A model generated the notes under the pieces. The model was not told where the DNA came from, ran no database searches, and saw only the letters and a program-made list of their open reading frames with translations. This document shows, piece by piece, positions 1-13,249 of a stretch of DNA of 64,000 bases; within the stretch, counting starts at the first letter, position 1; each line of letters opens with the position of its first letter. This DNA is from Mustelus asterias (Eukaryota): contig NW_027590419.1 in NCBI RefSeq assembly GCF_964213995.1, positions 248,001 through 312,000 on the forward strand, given 5' to 3'. A program made the translations under genes and the position numbers.

Positions 1-517
1 GTGCGCTATCCAGACAAAACATTCCGTACATAGAGTGCACAGGGGAGAAGGAGAGGAAAGGGTGCAGAATATAGTGTTGCAGTTACCGATAGACTGTAGA
101 AAAAGATCAGCTCACACACACACACTCTCTCTTACACACTCTTAGACACACACATAATCTCACACACACACACGCTCTCTCACACACACTCTCTCTTANN
201 NNNNNNNNNNNNNNNNNNNNNNNNNNNNNNNNNNNNNNNNNNNNNNNNNNNNNNNNNNNNNNNNNNNNNNNNNNNNNNNNNNNNNNNNNNNNNNNNNNNN
301 NNNNNNNNNNNNNNNNNNNNNNNNNNNNNNNNNNNACACACGCTCTCTCTCACACACACACTCTCTCACACTCTCAGACACACACACACACTCACTCTCT
401 CTCAGACGCACTCTGTCTCCATCACACATTGTCTCTCTTTCTCACACTCTCCCTCTCACACACACACACAAACTCATATTCTCTCTCACACACACACATT
501 CTCTCTCACACACACAA

Positions 518-2510
518 TGTAGAGGGAGATTTACGCTGTATCTCACCCGATGCTGTACCTGTCCTGGGTGTGTTTGATGTGTAGGCAGCTTTTCCCTGTA
601 TCTATCCCCATGCTGTATCTGTCATTGGAATATTTGATAGTCATGATGTGCAGATTTGATAGTTATTTGATAGTGGCAGTGTAGAGGGAGCTTTATCTGT
701 ATCGAACCCCGAGCTGTACCTGTCCTGGGAGTGTTTGATGGGGATAGTGTCGAGGGAGATTTACTCTGTATCTAACCCTGTGCTGTATCTATCCTGGGAG
801 TGTTTGATGGGGACAGTGTAGAGGGAGCTTTACTCTGTCTCTAACCCTGTGCTGTATCTGTCCTGGGAGTGTTTGATGAGGACAGTGAAGTGGGAGATTT
901 ACTCTGTATCTCACTCCGTGCTGTACCTGTCCTGGGAGTGTTTGATGGGGACAGTGTAGAGGGAGATTTACTCTGTATCTAACCCCATGCTGTACCTGTC
1001 CTGGGAGTGTTTGATGGGGACAGTGTCGAGGGAGCTTTTCTCTGTATCTAAACCCGTGCTGTACCTGTCCTGGGCGAGTTTGTTGGGGACAGTGTAGAGG
1101 GAGCATTACTCTGTATCTAACCCCGTGCTGTATCTGTCCTGGGACTGTTTGATGGGGACGGTGTACAGTGAGCTTTACCCTGTATCTACCCCCGTGCTGT
1201 ACCTGTCCTGGGAGTGTTTGATGGGGACAGTGTAGAGGGAGCTTTACTCTGTATCTAACCCCATGCTGTACCTGTCCTGGGAGTGTTTGATGGGGACGGT
1301 GTACAGTGAGCTTTACCCTGTATCTAACCCCGTGCTGTACCTGTCCTGGGAGTGTTTGATGGGGACAGTGTAGAGGGAGCTTTACTCTGTACCTAACCCC
1401 GTGCTGTATCTGTCCTGGGTGTGTTGGATGGGGACAGTGTCGAGGGAGCTTTACTCTGTATCTCACCCTGTGCTGTATCTGTCCTGGGGGGTGTTTGATG
1501 GGGACAGTGTAGAGGGAGCTTTACTCTGTATCTAATCCTGTGCTGTACCTGTCCTGGGGGGTGTTTGATGGGGACAGTGTAGAGGGAGCTTTACTCTGTT
1601 TCTAACCCCATGCTGTACCTGTCCTGGGAGTGTTTGATGGGGACAGTGTCGAGGGAGCTTTTCTCTGTATCTAAACCCGTGCTGTACCTGTCCTGGGCGA
1701 GTTTGTTGGGGACAGTGTCGAGGGAGCATTACTCTGTATCTAACCCTGTGCTGTACCTGTCCTGGGGGCTGTTTGATGGGGACAGTGTAGAGGGAGCTTT
1801 ACTCTGTATCTAACCCCATGCTGTACCTGTCCTGGGAGTGTTTGATGGGGACAGTGTAGAGGAAGATTTATTCTGTACCTAACCCCGTGCTGTGCTTGCT
1901 GTACCTGTCTTGGGAGTGTTTGATGGGGACAGTGTAGAGGGAGCTTTACTCTGTATCTAACCCGTGCTGTATCTGTCCTGGGAGTGTTTGATGGGGACAG
2001 TGTAGAGGGAGGTTTACTCTGTATCTCACCCGTGCTGTATCTGTCCTGGGAGTGTTTGATGGGGACAGTGTAGAGGGTGCTTTACTCTGTATCTAACCCC
2101 GTGCTGTACCTGTCCTGGGAGTGTTTGATGGGGATAGTGTCGAGGGAGCTTTACTCTGTATCTAACCCCATGCTGTACCTGTCCTGGGAGTGTTTGATGG
2201 GGACAGTGTAGAGGGAGCTTTACTCTGTATCTAACCCCATGCTGTACCTGTCCTGGGAGTGTTTGATGGGGACAGTGTAGAGGGAGCTTTACTCTGTCTG
2301 TAACCCCGTGCTGTATCTGTCCTGGGAGTGTTTGATGGGGACAGTGTAGAGGGTGCTTTACTCTGTATCTAACCCCGTGCTGTATCTGTCCTGGGAGTGT
2401 TTGATGGGGATAGTGTAGAGGGCGCTTTACTCTGTATGTAACCCCGTGCTGTATCTGTCCTGGGGGTGTTTGATGGGGACAGTGTAGAGGGAGGTTTTCT
2501 CTGCATCGAA
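518..2510. repeat. 69-bp tandem satellite (~28 units)
   Basis: Unit TGTAGAGGGAGCTTTACTCTGTATCTAACCCCGTGCTGTACCTGTCCTGGGAGTGTTTGATGGGGACAG; gives the 23-aa periodic ORFs. Confidence 0.95.
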
Positions 2511-3482
2511 ACACTTGATGAATCCACTCTTCGATCGCTTCAATGTGGGAACAAAGAGGGATCTAATTTTACCCAGTCATTGGATAGAGCTCTTGGGGCT
2601 AAAATGGGATCAGGATGTTGAATTTGATGATCAGCCATGATCATAATGAATGTTGGAGCAGGCTGGAAGGGCCGAATGGCCTCCTCCTGCTTCTAGTTTG
2701 TGTGTTTATAAATGATGAAAAGGCAGCAGCAGTGGGAGTTCAATATGTGTGGATATTTCACAGCTGTATTCACACAATACACACAGCAATGTCGCTGATA
2801 TTTTGGAAATGCTGCAAATGTTGTCAAACACAATACGCAGGGGACCTTAATGTTGCAATGTTACTCCCAAACTGTCATCCCACAGGGTCAACATTTCTGT
2901 ACAATGTGAGTGAATCGTAAGTTAATATAGTTCAGGTTCAATGTTTAAAATAACCAGTCACTTTTCTGTGGCTGCTTTGGGAATGTCAGTGGAATGTAGT
3001 TCACAGTAAAGTGTGAACAATTGTATTGGGGAATAATTGGAAGCAGTTTCCATTGAGAGCTTCCTGCATTCTGGAAATGTGTGTGATCCATTCAGAGATT
3101 GGAAATGATGGATGAATAAAGATACAGTTCTTTGTTACTGACATTAGATTGTGACTCTTGAAGTTTCACCAGTTCCATGTGCTGAGAGAAAGGAATGAAT
3201 CAGCAACATCCAGCATTCAAATTCTTCAAATAAGTTTAAAAGGCAGTGAAAGACTGAATACACAAACTCTGAGACAGACAGACACAACTGTATCCACAGC
3301 TTAAACTTCATGTTTGAATCTGCAGAGATGAGATCATGGTTGAAATAAACAAGAGTCCACACTGGGATGCTGAGCAATTTCCTAAAAAGTCAATCTAAAA
3401 ACCTGCCATTAAAAATTCCTTGGACAGAGCGGAGGGGATTTTACTCTGTGTGTTGTGTTTGGGTTGGAAGTGTTTTCTGAGC

Positions 3483-3818
3483 AGGGTGGTACAATGGCAC
3501 AGTGGTTGGCACTGCTCCCTCACAGCATCAGGAACCCGGGTTCAATTCCAGCCTCGGATGACTGTCTGTTTTGAGTTTGCACATTCTCCCCGTGTCTGCG
3601 TGGGTTTCCTCCGGGTGCTGCGGTTTCCTCCCACACTCCAAAGCTATGCGGGCTATTTTGATTGGCTATGCTAAATTGCCCCTTAGTGTCCAGGGATGTG
3701 TAGGTTTGGGGAATTAGCTCTGGTAAATGCATGGCGTTATGCGGATAAATGCTCTTTCGGAGAGTCAGTACAGACCCGATAGGCTGAATGGCCTCCTTCT
3801 GCACTGTGGTGATTGTAT
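3483..3818 (+). mobile_element. HE1-type SINE
   Basis: A/B boxes, V-domain, CR1-like tail. Confidence 0.85.
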
Positions 3819-3964
3819 GGTTTTTGTGTCGATGAAGATTTACTCTGAAACACTGGGATTGAGGTTAAGGAGTGATTTAATGAAACCCTTCAAAATAATA
3901 AGCGAAATGGAGAGGGTTAATAATGAAGAAAGCTAAAAGCAAAATACTGCAGATGCAGGAATCA

Positions 3965-4272
3965 TGGGTGGCACAGAGGTTAGCACTGCTGCCTCAGAGC
4001 GCCAGGGACCCAGGGTCGAATCCAGGCTTGGGTCACTGTCTGTGCAGAGTCTGTACATGCTCCCCGTGTCTGCGTGGGTTTCCTCCGGCTGCTCCACTTT
4101 CCTCCCACAGTCTGAAAGACACGATGGTTAGGGTGCATTGGCCGTGCTAAATTCTCCCTCAGTGTAGCCGAACAGGTGCCGGAGTGTGGCGACTTGGGGG
4201 ATTTTCACAGTAACTTCATTGCAGTGTTAATGTAAGCCTACTTGTGACACTGATAAGTAAACTTAAACTTAA
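3965..4272 (+). mobile_element. V-SINE with alternative tail (related copies ~5907-6215, 14632-14935, 23624-23910, 33955-34257(-), 37444-37655, 48459-48760)
   Basis: tRNA head and V-domain, then AAATTCTCCCTCAGTGTA...GTAAGCCTACTTGTGACAC(T)AATAA. Confidence 0.85.
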
Positions 4273-7200
4273 AACTGAAACAAAAACAGAAATTGCTGTA
4301 AAATCTCAGCAGGTCTGACAGCATCTGTGGAGAGAGAATAGAGCCAATGTTTGGAGTCAGGATGACCCACAGATGCTGAGAAAGAGGAACATTTTCTGCT
4401 GGTTGGGGAGTCCAGGACTTGGGGGACATTGGATTTTAGACAATGTTTAGTATTTTAGACTTTTCGGAGTGAAATGAAGAAACACTTTGCCACGTGGAAC
4501 TTACAAAGAAACATAGGAACAGGTGGAGGCCATTCAGCCCTTCCATCCTGCTCCGCCATCCATTGTGACCATGGCTGATCATGGTTTCCTCCGGGTGCTC
4601 CGGTTTCCTCCCACAGTCAAAAGATGCCCGTGTTGGTTGATTGGCCGTGACAAATTGACCCTAGTTTCGGGGGGGATCAGCAGGGTAAATGTGTGGTGTT
4701 ACGGGGATAGGGTGGGATTGTTGTCGGTGCAGGCTCGATGGGCCGAATGGTCTCCTCCTGTTCCTATTTGCTACGTTTCTTTGTAAGTGTCAGGTACAAT
4801 CTGCGACTGTACATCTTGTGTGTGTCTCAGTGTCAGCTCTGAAACCTGTACAGCACAATCCCATCCTGTTTCAGTCCCAGTCTGCCTCTGTATCTGTTTC
4901 TCCCTCTGAAATTAGCTTGCCCTTTTCCTGAATAAGACTGACTACACTCACTCTCTCTCACTCACACACACTCACTCTCTCTCACTCACACACACTCACT
5001 CTCTCTCACTCACACACACTCTCACTCTCTCACACACATTCACTCTCAGACACAGACACTCCCTCTCTCTCACACACACCCTCTCTCTCACACACACTAT
5101 CNNNNNNNNNNNNNNNNNNNNNNNNNNNNNNNNNNNNNNNNNNNNNNNNNNNNNNNNNNNNNNNNNNNNNNNNNNNNNNNNNNNNNNNNNNNNNNNNNNN
5201 NNNNNNNNNNNNNNNNNNNNNNNNNNNNNNNNNNNNNNNNNNNNNNNNNNNNNTCTCTCAGACACAGACACTCCCTCTCACNNNNNNNNNNNNNNNNNNN
5301 NNNNNNNNNNNNNNNNNNNNNNNNNNNNNNNNNNNNNNNNNNNNNNNNNNNNNNNNNNNNNNNNNNNNNNNNNNNNNNNNNNNNNNNNNNNNNNNNNNNN
5401 NNNNNNNNNNNNNNNNNNNNNNNNNNNNNNNNNNNNNNNNNNNNNNNNNNNNNNNNNNNNNNNNNNNNNNNNNNNNNNNNNNNNNNNNNNNNNNNNNNNN
5501 NNNNNNNNNNNNNNNNNNNNNNNNNNNNNNNNNNNNNNNNNNNNNNNNNNNNNNNNNNNNNNNNNNNNNNNNNNNNNNNNNNNNNNNNNNNNNNNNNNNN
5601 NNNNNNNNNNNNNNNNNNNNNNNNNNNNNNNNNNNNNNNNNNNNNNNNNNNNNNNNNNNNNNNNNNNNNNNNNNNNNNNNNNNNNNNNNNNNNNNNNNNN
5701 NNNNNNNNNNNNNNNNNNNNNNNNNNNNNNNNNNNNNNNNNNNNNNNNNNNNNNNNNNNNNNNNNNNNNNNNNNNNNNNNNNNNGTCCACACTGGGATGC
5801 TGAGCAATTTGAGTTCTGTTTTTCCTTTAAGTCAATCTAAAAATCTGCAATTAAAAATTCCTTGGACAGAGCAGAGGGGATTTTACTCTGTGTGTTGTGT
5901 TTGCAGTGGGTGGCACAGAGGTTAGCACTGTTGCCTCAGAGCACCAGGGACTCGGGTTCGATTCACGGCTTGTTCACTGTCTGTGCGGAGTCCGTATGTT
6001 CTCCCCGTGTCTGCGTGGGTTTCCTCCGCGCGCTCCACTTTCCTCCCACAGTCTGAAAGCCACGATGGTTAGGTGCGTTGGCCATGCTAAATTCTCCTTC
6101 AGTGTAGCCGAACAGGTGCCGGAGTGTGGCGACTTGGGGGATATTCACAGTAACTTCATTGCAGTGTTAATGTTAGCCTACTTGTGACACTAATAAGTAA
6201 ACTTAAACTTAAAACTGAAACAAAAACAGAAAATGCTGCAAAATCTCAGCAGGTCTGACAGCATGGGCATGTTCTGGGAACCTTAATGAAAGAAAAACTG
6301 ATATAGGAGAATGGTGGGACAGGAGGAGCTGGGGACGGCCCATAGGCAAGGTGGCACCATGGTTAGCACTGCTGCCTCTCAGCGCCAGGGGCCCGGGTTC
6401 AATTCCAGCCCTGAGTGACTGAATCTGTGAGTCTCCAGATTCTTCCCTTGTCTGCGTGGGATTCCTCCGGGTACCCCGGTTACCTACCACACTCCAAACA
6501 TGCAAAGGTTAGGTGTATTGGCCATGGTAAATTGCCCCTTAGAATCCAAAGATGTGCAAGTTAGCTGGATTGGCCATGTTAAATTGCCCAATATCGTTAA
6601 GGGGTCGAATCACGGAGAATTCAAACATTCTTTCTGTTTCTGTCTTGGCAGAATTAGCAACCTGAGTGCAAATTTCAAGATTGGATTCACACAATACAGA
6701 CAGAACGGTATTTATATAATGGCTTCTACAAATGCTGGTGAGCTCAGTACACGTGGTACCGAATGTTACAATAAGATAGAATCTGTATTCAGACAACTGT
6801 TACTCTCTGCATTGCTCTCTCTCATTCTCCCTACCTCTCTGTTACTCTGTATCTCTTCCTCTCCCTCTCTATCCCTCTCATCCACCATGTTGTTTATCGT
6901 TAAGGGGTCTAATCACGGAGAATTCAAACACTCTTTCTGTTTCTGTCTTGGCAGAATTGGCAACATGAGTGGATATTTCAAGACTGGATTCACACAATAC
7001 AGACAGAACGCTGGTGAGCTCAGTACACGTGGTACCTGAATGTTACAATAAGATAGAATCTGTATTCAGACAACTGTCACCCCACAGGGTCCAAACTTCA
7101 CCGTGTTAATTTGATTTGATTTGATTGATTTGTATTGGGATGCAGTGAGAAGTATTGTTTCTTGTGCGCTATCCAGACAAAACATTCCGTACATAGAGTG

Positions 7201-8170
7201 CACAGGGGAGAAGGAGAGGAAAGGGTGCAGAATATAGTGTTGCGGTTACCGATAGGGTGTAGAGAAAGATCAGCTTAATATATGGCAGGTCCATTGAAAC
7301 GTTGTCATTCTGACCAAGCAGTAAAGCTTTCCACAAAACAAGGCTCACAAATTCAACAACACTTTCCTTTGTCCACTCTCCCATCATGCTGTGCGCGGAG
7401 TCTCTGATCGATGCTAAGGGCCTAGTATTTGAGGCTCTGAGCTGAACCCACAATCTGTCTGATTCTGAGGGAAGATTACTGCCACTCAGATACAGCTGGC
7501 TGCAATATCCCCTTGAAATATATCTGTTGTGTAAAGAGCCGCATGATTTTTTGATCTGTGTCCCTGAAAGAACTATTGAATAATCTTTAAACACCTGCAT
7601 TCATTATCACAGAACAGGGCCAACATGGGGGAATCCAGTATCAGGGAGGGCACAGTTTAAAATTCATACAGCTCCCATTAAAGATGGAGATGAGGAGGAA
7701 TAATTTCTTCTCTCAGGGGGTGGTTAGTGTTTAGAATTCCCTTCCCCAGAGAGCAGTGGGCGTTGGGACATTGAACATATTCAAGGGAGTTGAGGGTTAT
7801 GGGGAGACAGACAGCAAAAAGGAGCTCAGACCACAGTCAGATCAGCCATGATCTTATCAATGGGAGGAACAAGCTCGAGGGGCAGAATGGCCCACTCCTG
7901 CTCCTATTTCTTATGTTCTGTGTGGTACCTTCAAAGGCCACCGCACTCAGCTTCACAGGAACACTGCCTGACACTCTCTATCTCAATCACTTCCCCTCTC
8001 TCTGTGTGACTCTCACCCCATTCCTTTCCTCCCCTCTCTCTGTTACTCTCTCTCTATCTCTATCCCTGTTTCTCCAGCTGGATGGAGAGTGGGAAAGAGA
8101 GGCTGATATGGAGGGAGTTTTCATCTGTATCTAACTGCATTTTCTGAACTGCCTTGTCCTTGTTTGATGA

Positions 8171-8299
8171 GAAGTCTCACAACACCAGGTGAAGGTCCCC
8201 AACAGGTTTGTTGGACAGGTCCAAACCTGTTGGACTTTAACCTGGTGTTATGAGACTTCTTACTGTGTTTACCCCACTCCAACGCTGGCATCTTCACAT
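8171..8299. mobile_element. Penelope-like fold-back fragment with 12-bp TSD (duplicate ~41796-41925)
   Basis: TSD CTTGTTTGATGA at 8159-8170 and 8300-8311; inverted repeat ~8170-8211 / 8223-8260; 3' end matches the end of 15423-15646. Confidence 0.7.
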
Positions 8300-8410
8300 C
8301 TTGTTTGATGAAACAGTGAAATGGGAGATTGACTTTGTAATGGGATGTGTGTGTGTGTGTCTGCATGTGTGTGTATCGGTTTGTGTATCAGTGTGTGTGT
8401 ATGCATCGGG

Positions 8411-9160
8411 GTGTGTGTCGGTGTATGTATCAGTGTGTGTGTATGTATCAGGGTGTGTGAGTGTGTATCGGTGTATGTATCAGTGTGTGTGTATGTATCA
8501 GGGTGTGTGAGTGTGTATCGGTGTATGTATCAGTGTGTGTGTATGTATCAGGGTGTGTGAGTGTGTATCGGTGTATGTATCAGTGTGTGTGTATGTATCA
8601 GGGTGTGTGAGTGTGTATCGGTGTATGTATCAGTGTGTGTGTATGTATCAGGGTGTGTGAGTGTGTATCGGTGTATGTATCAGTGTGTGTGTATGTATCA
8701 GGGTGTGTGAGTGTGTATCGGTGTATGTATCAGTGTGTGTGTATGTATCAGGGTGTGTGAGTGTGTATCGGTGTATGTATCAGTGTGTGTGTATGTATCA
8801 GGGTGTGTGAGTGTGTATCGGTGTATGTATCAGTGTGTGTGTATGTATCAGGGTGTGTGAGTGTGTATCGGTGTATGTATCAGTGTGTGTGTATGTATCA
8901 GGGTGTGTGAGTGTGTATCGGTGTATGTATCAGTGTGTGTGTATGTATCAGGGTGTGTGAGTGTGTATCGGTGTATGTATCAGTGTGTGTGTATGTATCA
9001 GGGTGTGTGAGTGTGTATCGGTGTATGTATCAGTGTGTGTGTATGTATCAGGGTGTGTGAGTGTGTATCGGTGTATGTATCAGTGTGTGTGTATGTATCA
9101 GGGTGTGTGAGTGTGTATCGGTGTATGTATCAGTGTGTGTGTATGTATCAGGGTGTGTGA
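8411..9160. repeat. 50-bp near-perfect minisatellite, 15 units
   Basis: Unit GTGTGTATCGGTGTATGTATCAGTGTGTGTGTATGTATCAGGGTGTGTGA. Confidence 0.95.
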
Positions 9161-12100
9161 GTGTGTATCGGTGTATGTACCAGTGTGTCTGTGTGTGTAT
9201 ATCTGTGTATTTATCTGTGTGTGTATGTTGTGGTATGTATCAGTGTGTCTGTGTATGGATTAGTGTGTGTGTGTGTGTATCAGTATGTGTATCGGGGTGT
9301 GTGCGTATGTACCGACGTGAATATGTATCTGTGTGTGTATGTATCAGTGTGTGTGTCAGTGTGTGTGTCAGTGTGTGTATATCGGGGTGCTGTGTATCAG
9401 TCTGTGAGCTGGTCTGCACAGGTGTATTTGGGTGTGTGTGAAAGTGTGTGTGTGTATTCTGCATGTGTGTATGTGCGTGTGTGAGTATCTGTGCATGGGA
9501 GGTGTGTGTGCATCTGTGTGCCTATATGTGAGAGTGTGGGTGTGTATGTGAGAGAAATTGTGTGTGTGATTCTGTGTGAGTGTGTCAGTGTTTGCCTGCA
9601 TGGGGGTTAGTGAGTGAAACATAGAAACGAGAAGCAGGAGGAGGCCATTCGGCCCTTCGAGCCTGCTCCACCATTCATTTTGATCACGGCTGATCATCAA
9701 ATTCTATATCCTGATCCCCCGCCTTCCCCTCCATATCCCTCGATCCCTTTAGCCCCAAAAGTTATATCTAATTTCTTCATGAAATCACATGTGCAAGTTC
9801 CTAGCCACCTGTGTGTGTGTGTGTGTGTGCATGTACCCGTGTCTGTATACATGAGAGTGTGCATGTAGTTGTGTGTGTGTGTGTGTATATGTGTGTGTTG
9901 TGGGTCAGTCTGTGTGTCTCTGCTCCCATTCTCTGTGTCTCTGGAACACAGATTCTGCCTGAGCAGCTCAGCATTTGATCATTTTCTGTTTCAATATCTG
10001 CCCTTTCCCCAGTGGGACTGAACTGTCTGTAAATCATGTTGGAAGGGACCTTTGGGCCCAGTCCTGCAACTAGGGGAGAGACAGAGAGGGAGAGACAGAA
10101 AGAGGAACAGATTGGGATTGGTAATGAGGGCCAAGGTTCCCACAAACACTTCAAGATAAGAAGGGAAATGGAGAGGACTGATAAAGAACAACTTTTTCTG
10201 CTGGTCGGGGAGTCCAGGACTTGGGGGACATTGGATTTTAGACAATGTTTCGGGTTTTAGACTTTTCGGAGTGAAATTCAGGAACACTTTGCCACACCAG
10301 GTGTGATATTAGTTTGGAACTACCTTCTATAATTCACAGTTGATGCTCAGTCGCTTATTAATGTTCAAACCTGAAGTTGATAGATGGTATTTTACACACA
10401 GGAGAAGCAATTTAAAATCAATGGGTCAATGTTAAAATAGTTGCAGGAACAGAGAGACCTGGGGTTTCAGTTCATTTTTACATCTTAAAGATTCAACCTG
10501 GGGCTCAGAATCTGTCAGTTGAATCTACTTTTTCTGTCCCGAAAACGTGTCAACAATTGTGTTGGGGAATGTGACAAAAGGTGACATTCCTGCATCCTGC
10601 ACAGTGGGGTTGGGAGGTTGTTTGAAAGGAGATTCAGAAAGCGTCAATTAGATTGTGTCTCTTTGCAGAAGGTGAGTATTTCACAGGAGATGCCTTGAGA
10701 TAAAGGAAAGTTTTACCAATGTCTGCGTAACTTTCAAAGTCTCCAGACGCATGAAGGGGGCAGAGATTTTGTAATATTCAGAGCAGGAGATGGGGGACAA
10801 TCACAGAATTGAAGATGTGAGGCCATCTCTTGTTTCTGAATGTCAATCTGTAGCTTTTAAACTTTAGTCCGAGGCTAATCATTCCAAGTTTGCAATCCCA
10901 CACTTTGCTGTTGTGAATTTTGAGTTGTAAATTTTCTGAAATTGATTCTGTAATAAAAATCCCTGCAGGATGCAATGATTCCCATTCTGTCTGCTGCTGC
11001 AAAGCCCCAGTTTGTGTCTCAGTTTCACTATTTATCAGCCATTTAAGATCCAAGAGTCATAGAATTCCTACACTGCAGAATGAGGCCATTCAGCCCAACA
11101 AGCCTGCCCCGACAATAATCCCACCCAGGCCCGAATCCCCCTGACACTAAGGGGCAATTTAGCAAACGTGCAAACTCCACACAGACAGTCACTCGAGGCG
11201 GGGAATCGAACCCAGATCCCTGGCGCTGTGAGTCAGCAGTGCTAGCCACTGTGCCACCGTGTCGCCCGGTGATGAGACAGAACGTTTGCCAAAGTGCACA
11301 GAAATAGGCAGCATTGTCAGCATTTTAGCTGGAAGCTTCAAATGACAAAGGGATCTTAATAGTAGAGTCACAGAATCCCTGCAGTGCAGAAGGAGACCAT
11401 TCAGCCCATCAAGTCTGCACTGACTCTCTGACACAGCATCTTGACCCAGCCCTATCCCCGTAACCCCACACATTTACCTTAATCCACCGAACCAACACAG
11501 CTTTGGACAGTAAATGGCAATTTACTGTGTCCAATCCACCTCACCTTCACAGCTTTGGAATACACTGGCACGGATTTAGAAATGGTTAAAGGACAGAAAA
11601 CAGAGCTGAGGTACAAATGGGTCATTTTCAGGGTGGCAGGCTGTGACCAGCGGCTTATCACAAGGATCAGTACTCGGGAGCCCAGCTATTCACAATCCAT
11701 ATAATTGATTTGGACGTTTGGGATCAAATGTAATATTTCCCAGTTTGTACATGACATGAAAGCAGGTGGAAGTGTGAGTTGTGAGGAGGATGTAGACTCT
11801 TCAAGGGGATGTGGGAGAGGCTGAATTAGTGGTGAAACCACACACAGAGTGTTGTGGACAGTTTTATCCTCTTACCTAAGGAAAGATATTCTTGTCATCG
11901 AGAGACTTCAATGAGGTTTCACTGCATTAATTCCTGGGATGGAGGGAGTGCCCCCTGAGGAAAGATTAAATAGACTGGACTTTTATTTTATGCACTTTGG
12001 AAAAATGAGAGGTGATCTCATTCAAACTCAGACAATTCTTACAGGGCTCAGCAGGGTAGAGTCATAGAGGTTTACAGCATGGAAACAGGCCCTTTGGCCC

Positions 12101-12959
12101 AACTTGTCCAATGCCAACCAGATTTTACCATTAAGCTAATACCAATTGCCTGCATTTGGCCCACATCCTTCCATGCCAATCTTACCAATATAACTGTCTA
12201 AATTGTACCCGCCGCTACTACAACATCTGGCAGCTTGTTCCAATCCCCCACCACCCTATGTGTGAAAAGAATTGCCCTCTGGACTCTCATCCCACTCATC
12301 TGAAACTTATGTCCTCTAGTTTTAGACTCCCCTCCCTTTTGGAAAAGATGTTGACGAGCTTATCAAAGAACAAAGAGAATTACAGCACAGGAACAGGCCC
12401 TTCGGCCCTCCAAGCCTGCACCAACCATGCTGCCCGACTGAACTAAAACCCCCTACCCTTCCGGGGACCATATCCCTCTATTCCCATCCTATTCATGTAT
12501 TTGTCCAGACGTTCCGTAAAACTCACTATCGTATCTGCTTCCACTACCTCCCCCGGCAGCGAGTTCCAGGCACCCACCACCCTCTGTGTAAAAAAACGTG
12601 CCTTGTACATCTCCTTTAAACCTTGCCCCTCACACCTTAAACCTATGCCCCCTAGATTTTGAATCTTCCACCCTGGTAAAAAGCTTCTGACTATCCACTC
12701 TGTCCATGCCCCTCATAATCTTGTATACTTCTATCAGGTCTCTCCCCCCCCCACCCACCCCCCCCCCCCATCCCCCCCCCCCCACCCCCCCCACCCCCCC
12801 CCACCCCCCCCCCCCCCCCCCCCCCCCCCCACACTAGATCGGTTGTGGGGAGGGGATAAAAATGAGGTGACTGAGAGTGAGGAAGGTAGCTCGCAAACAG
12901 AGAAGGGTTATGGGCAGTGCAAGAGGGCGGATGGACAGGGAATAGAGAAGGGGAGAGCT

Positions 12960-13170
12960 CAGACCTAAGGATTGAGATGTGTTTACTTTAATGCCAGGAG
13001 TATAGTGAGTAAAGGGGATGAGCTCAGAGCGTGGATCGATGCCTGAAAGTGTGATGTGGTGGCCATTACGGAGACTTGGATGTCTCAGGGACAGGACTGG
13101 ATACTCCAGGTGCCGGGATTCAGATGTTTCAGGAAGGACAGGGAGGGAGGCAAGAGAGGGGGTGGAGTGT
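12960..13170 (+). mobile_element. LINE ORF2 endonuclease N-terminal fragment (duplicate ~46790-47000)
   Basis: LRCVYFNARSIVSKGDELRAWIDA*KCDVVAITETW, with an internal stop. Confidence 0.75.
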
Positions 13171-13249
13171 CTGAAATATTAAAAATATTCTGAAACCCTT
13201 TCAAAGTGAAATTAAGGAACACTTCTTCACACAAAGGGTGTTCTCGAAT

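Noticed and set aside
789-2514. ORFs with 23-aa repeats (HGVRYRVKLPLHCPHQTLPGQVQ)
   Set aside because: Translation of the 69-bp satellite; the frame is broken by indels between units.
3483-3560. tRNA genes
   Set aside because: A/B boxes belong to SINE heads followed by V-domains; no standalone tRNA.
12745-12830. Poly-C tract (also poly-G at ~20029-20060) as G-quadruplex or polyproline coding sequence
   Set aside because: Copy B has only a short C run and continues with CR1 sequence; probably a sequencing or gap-fill artefact.
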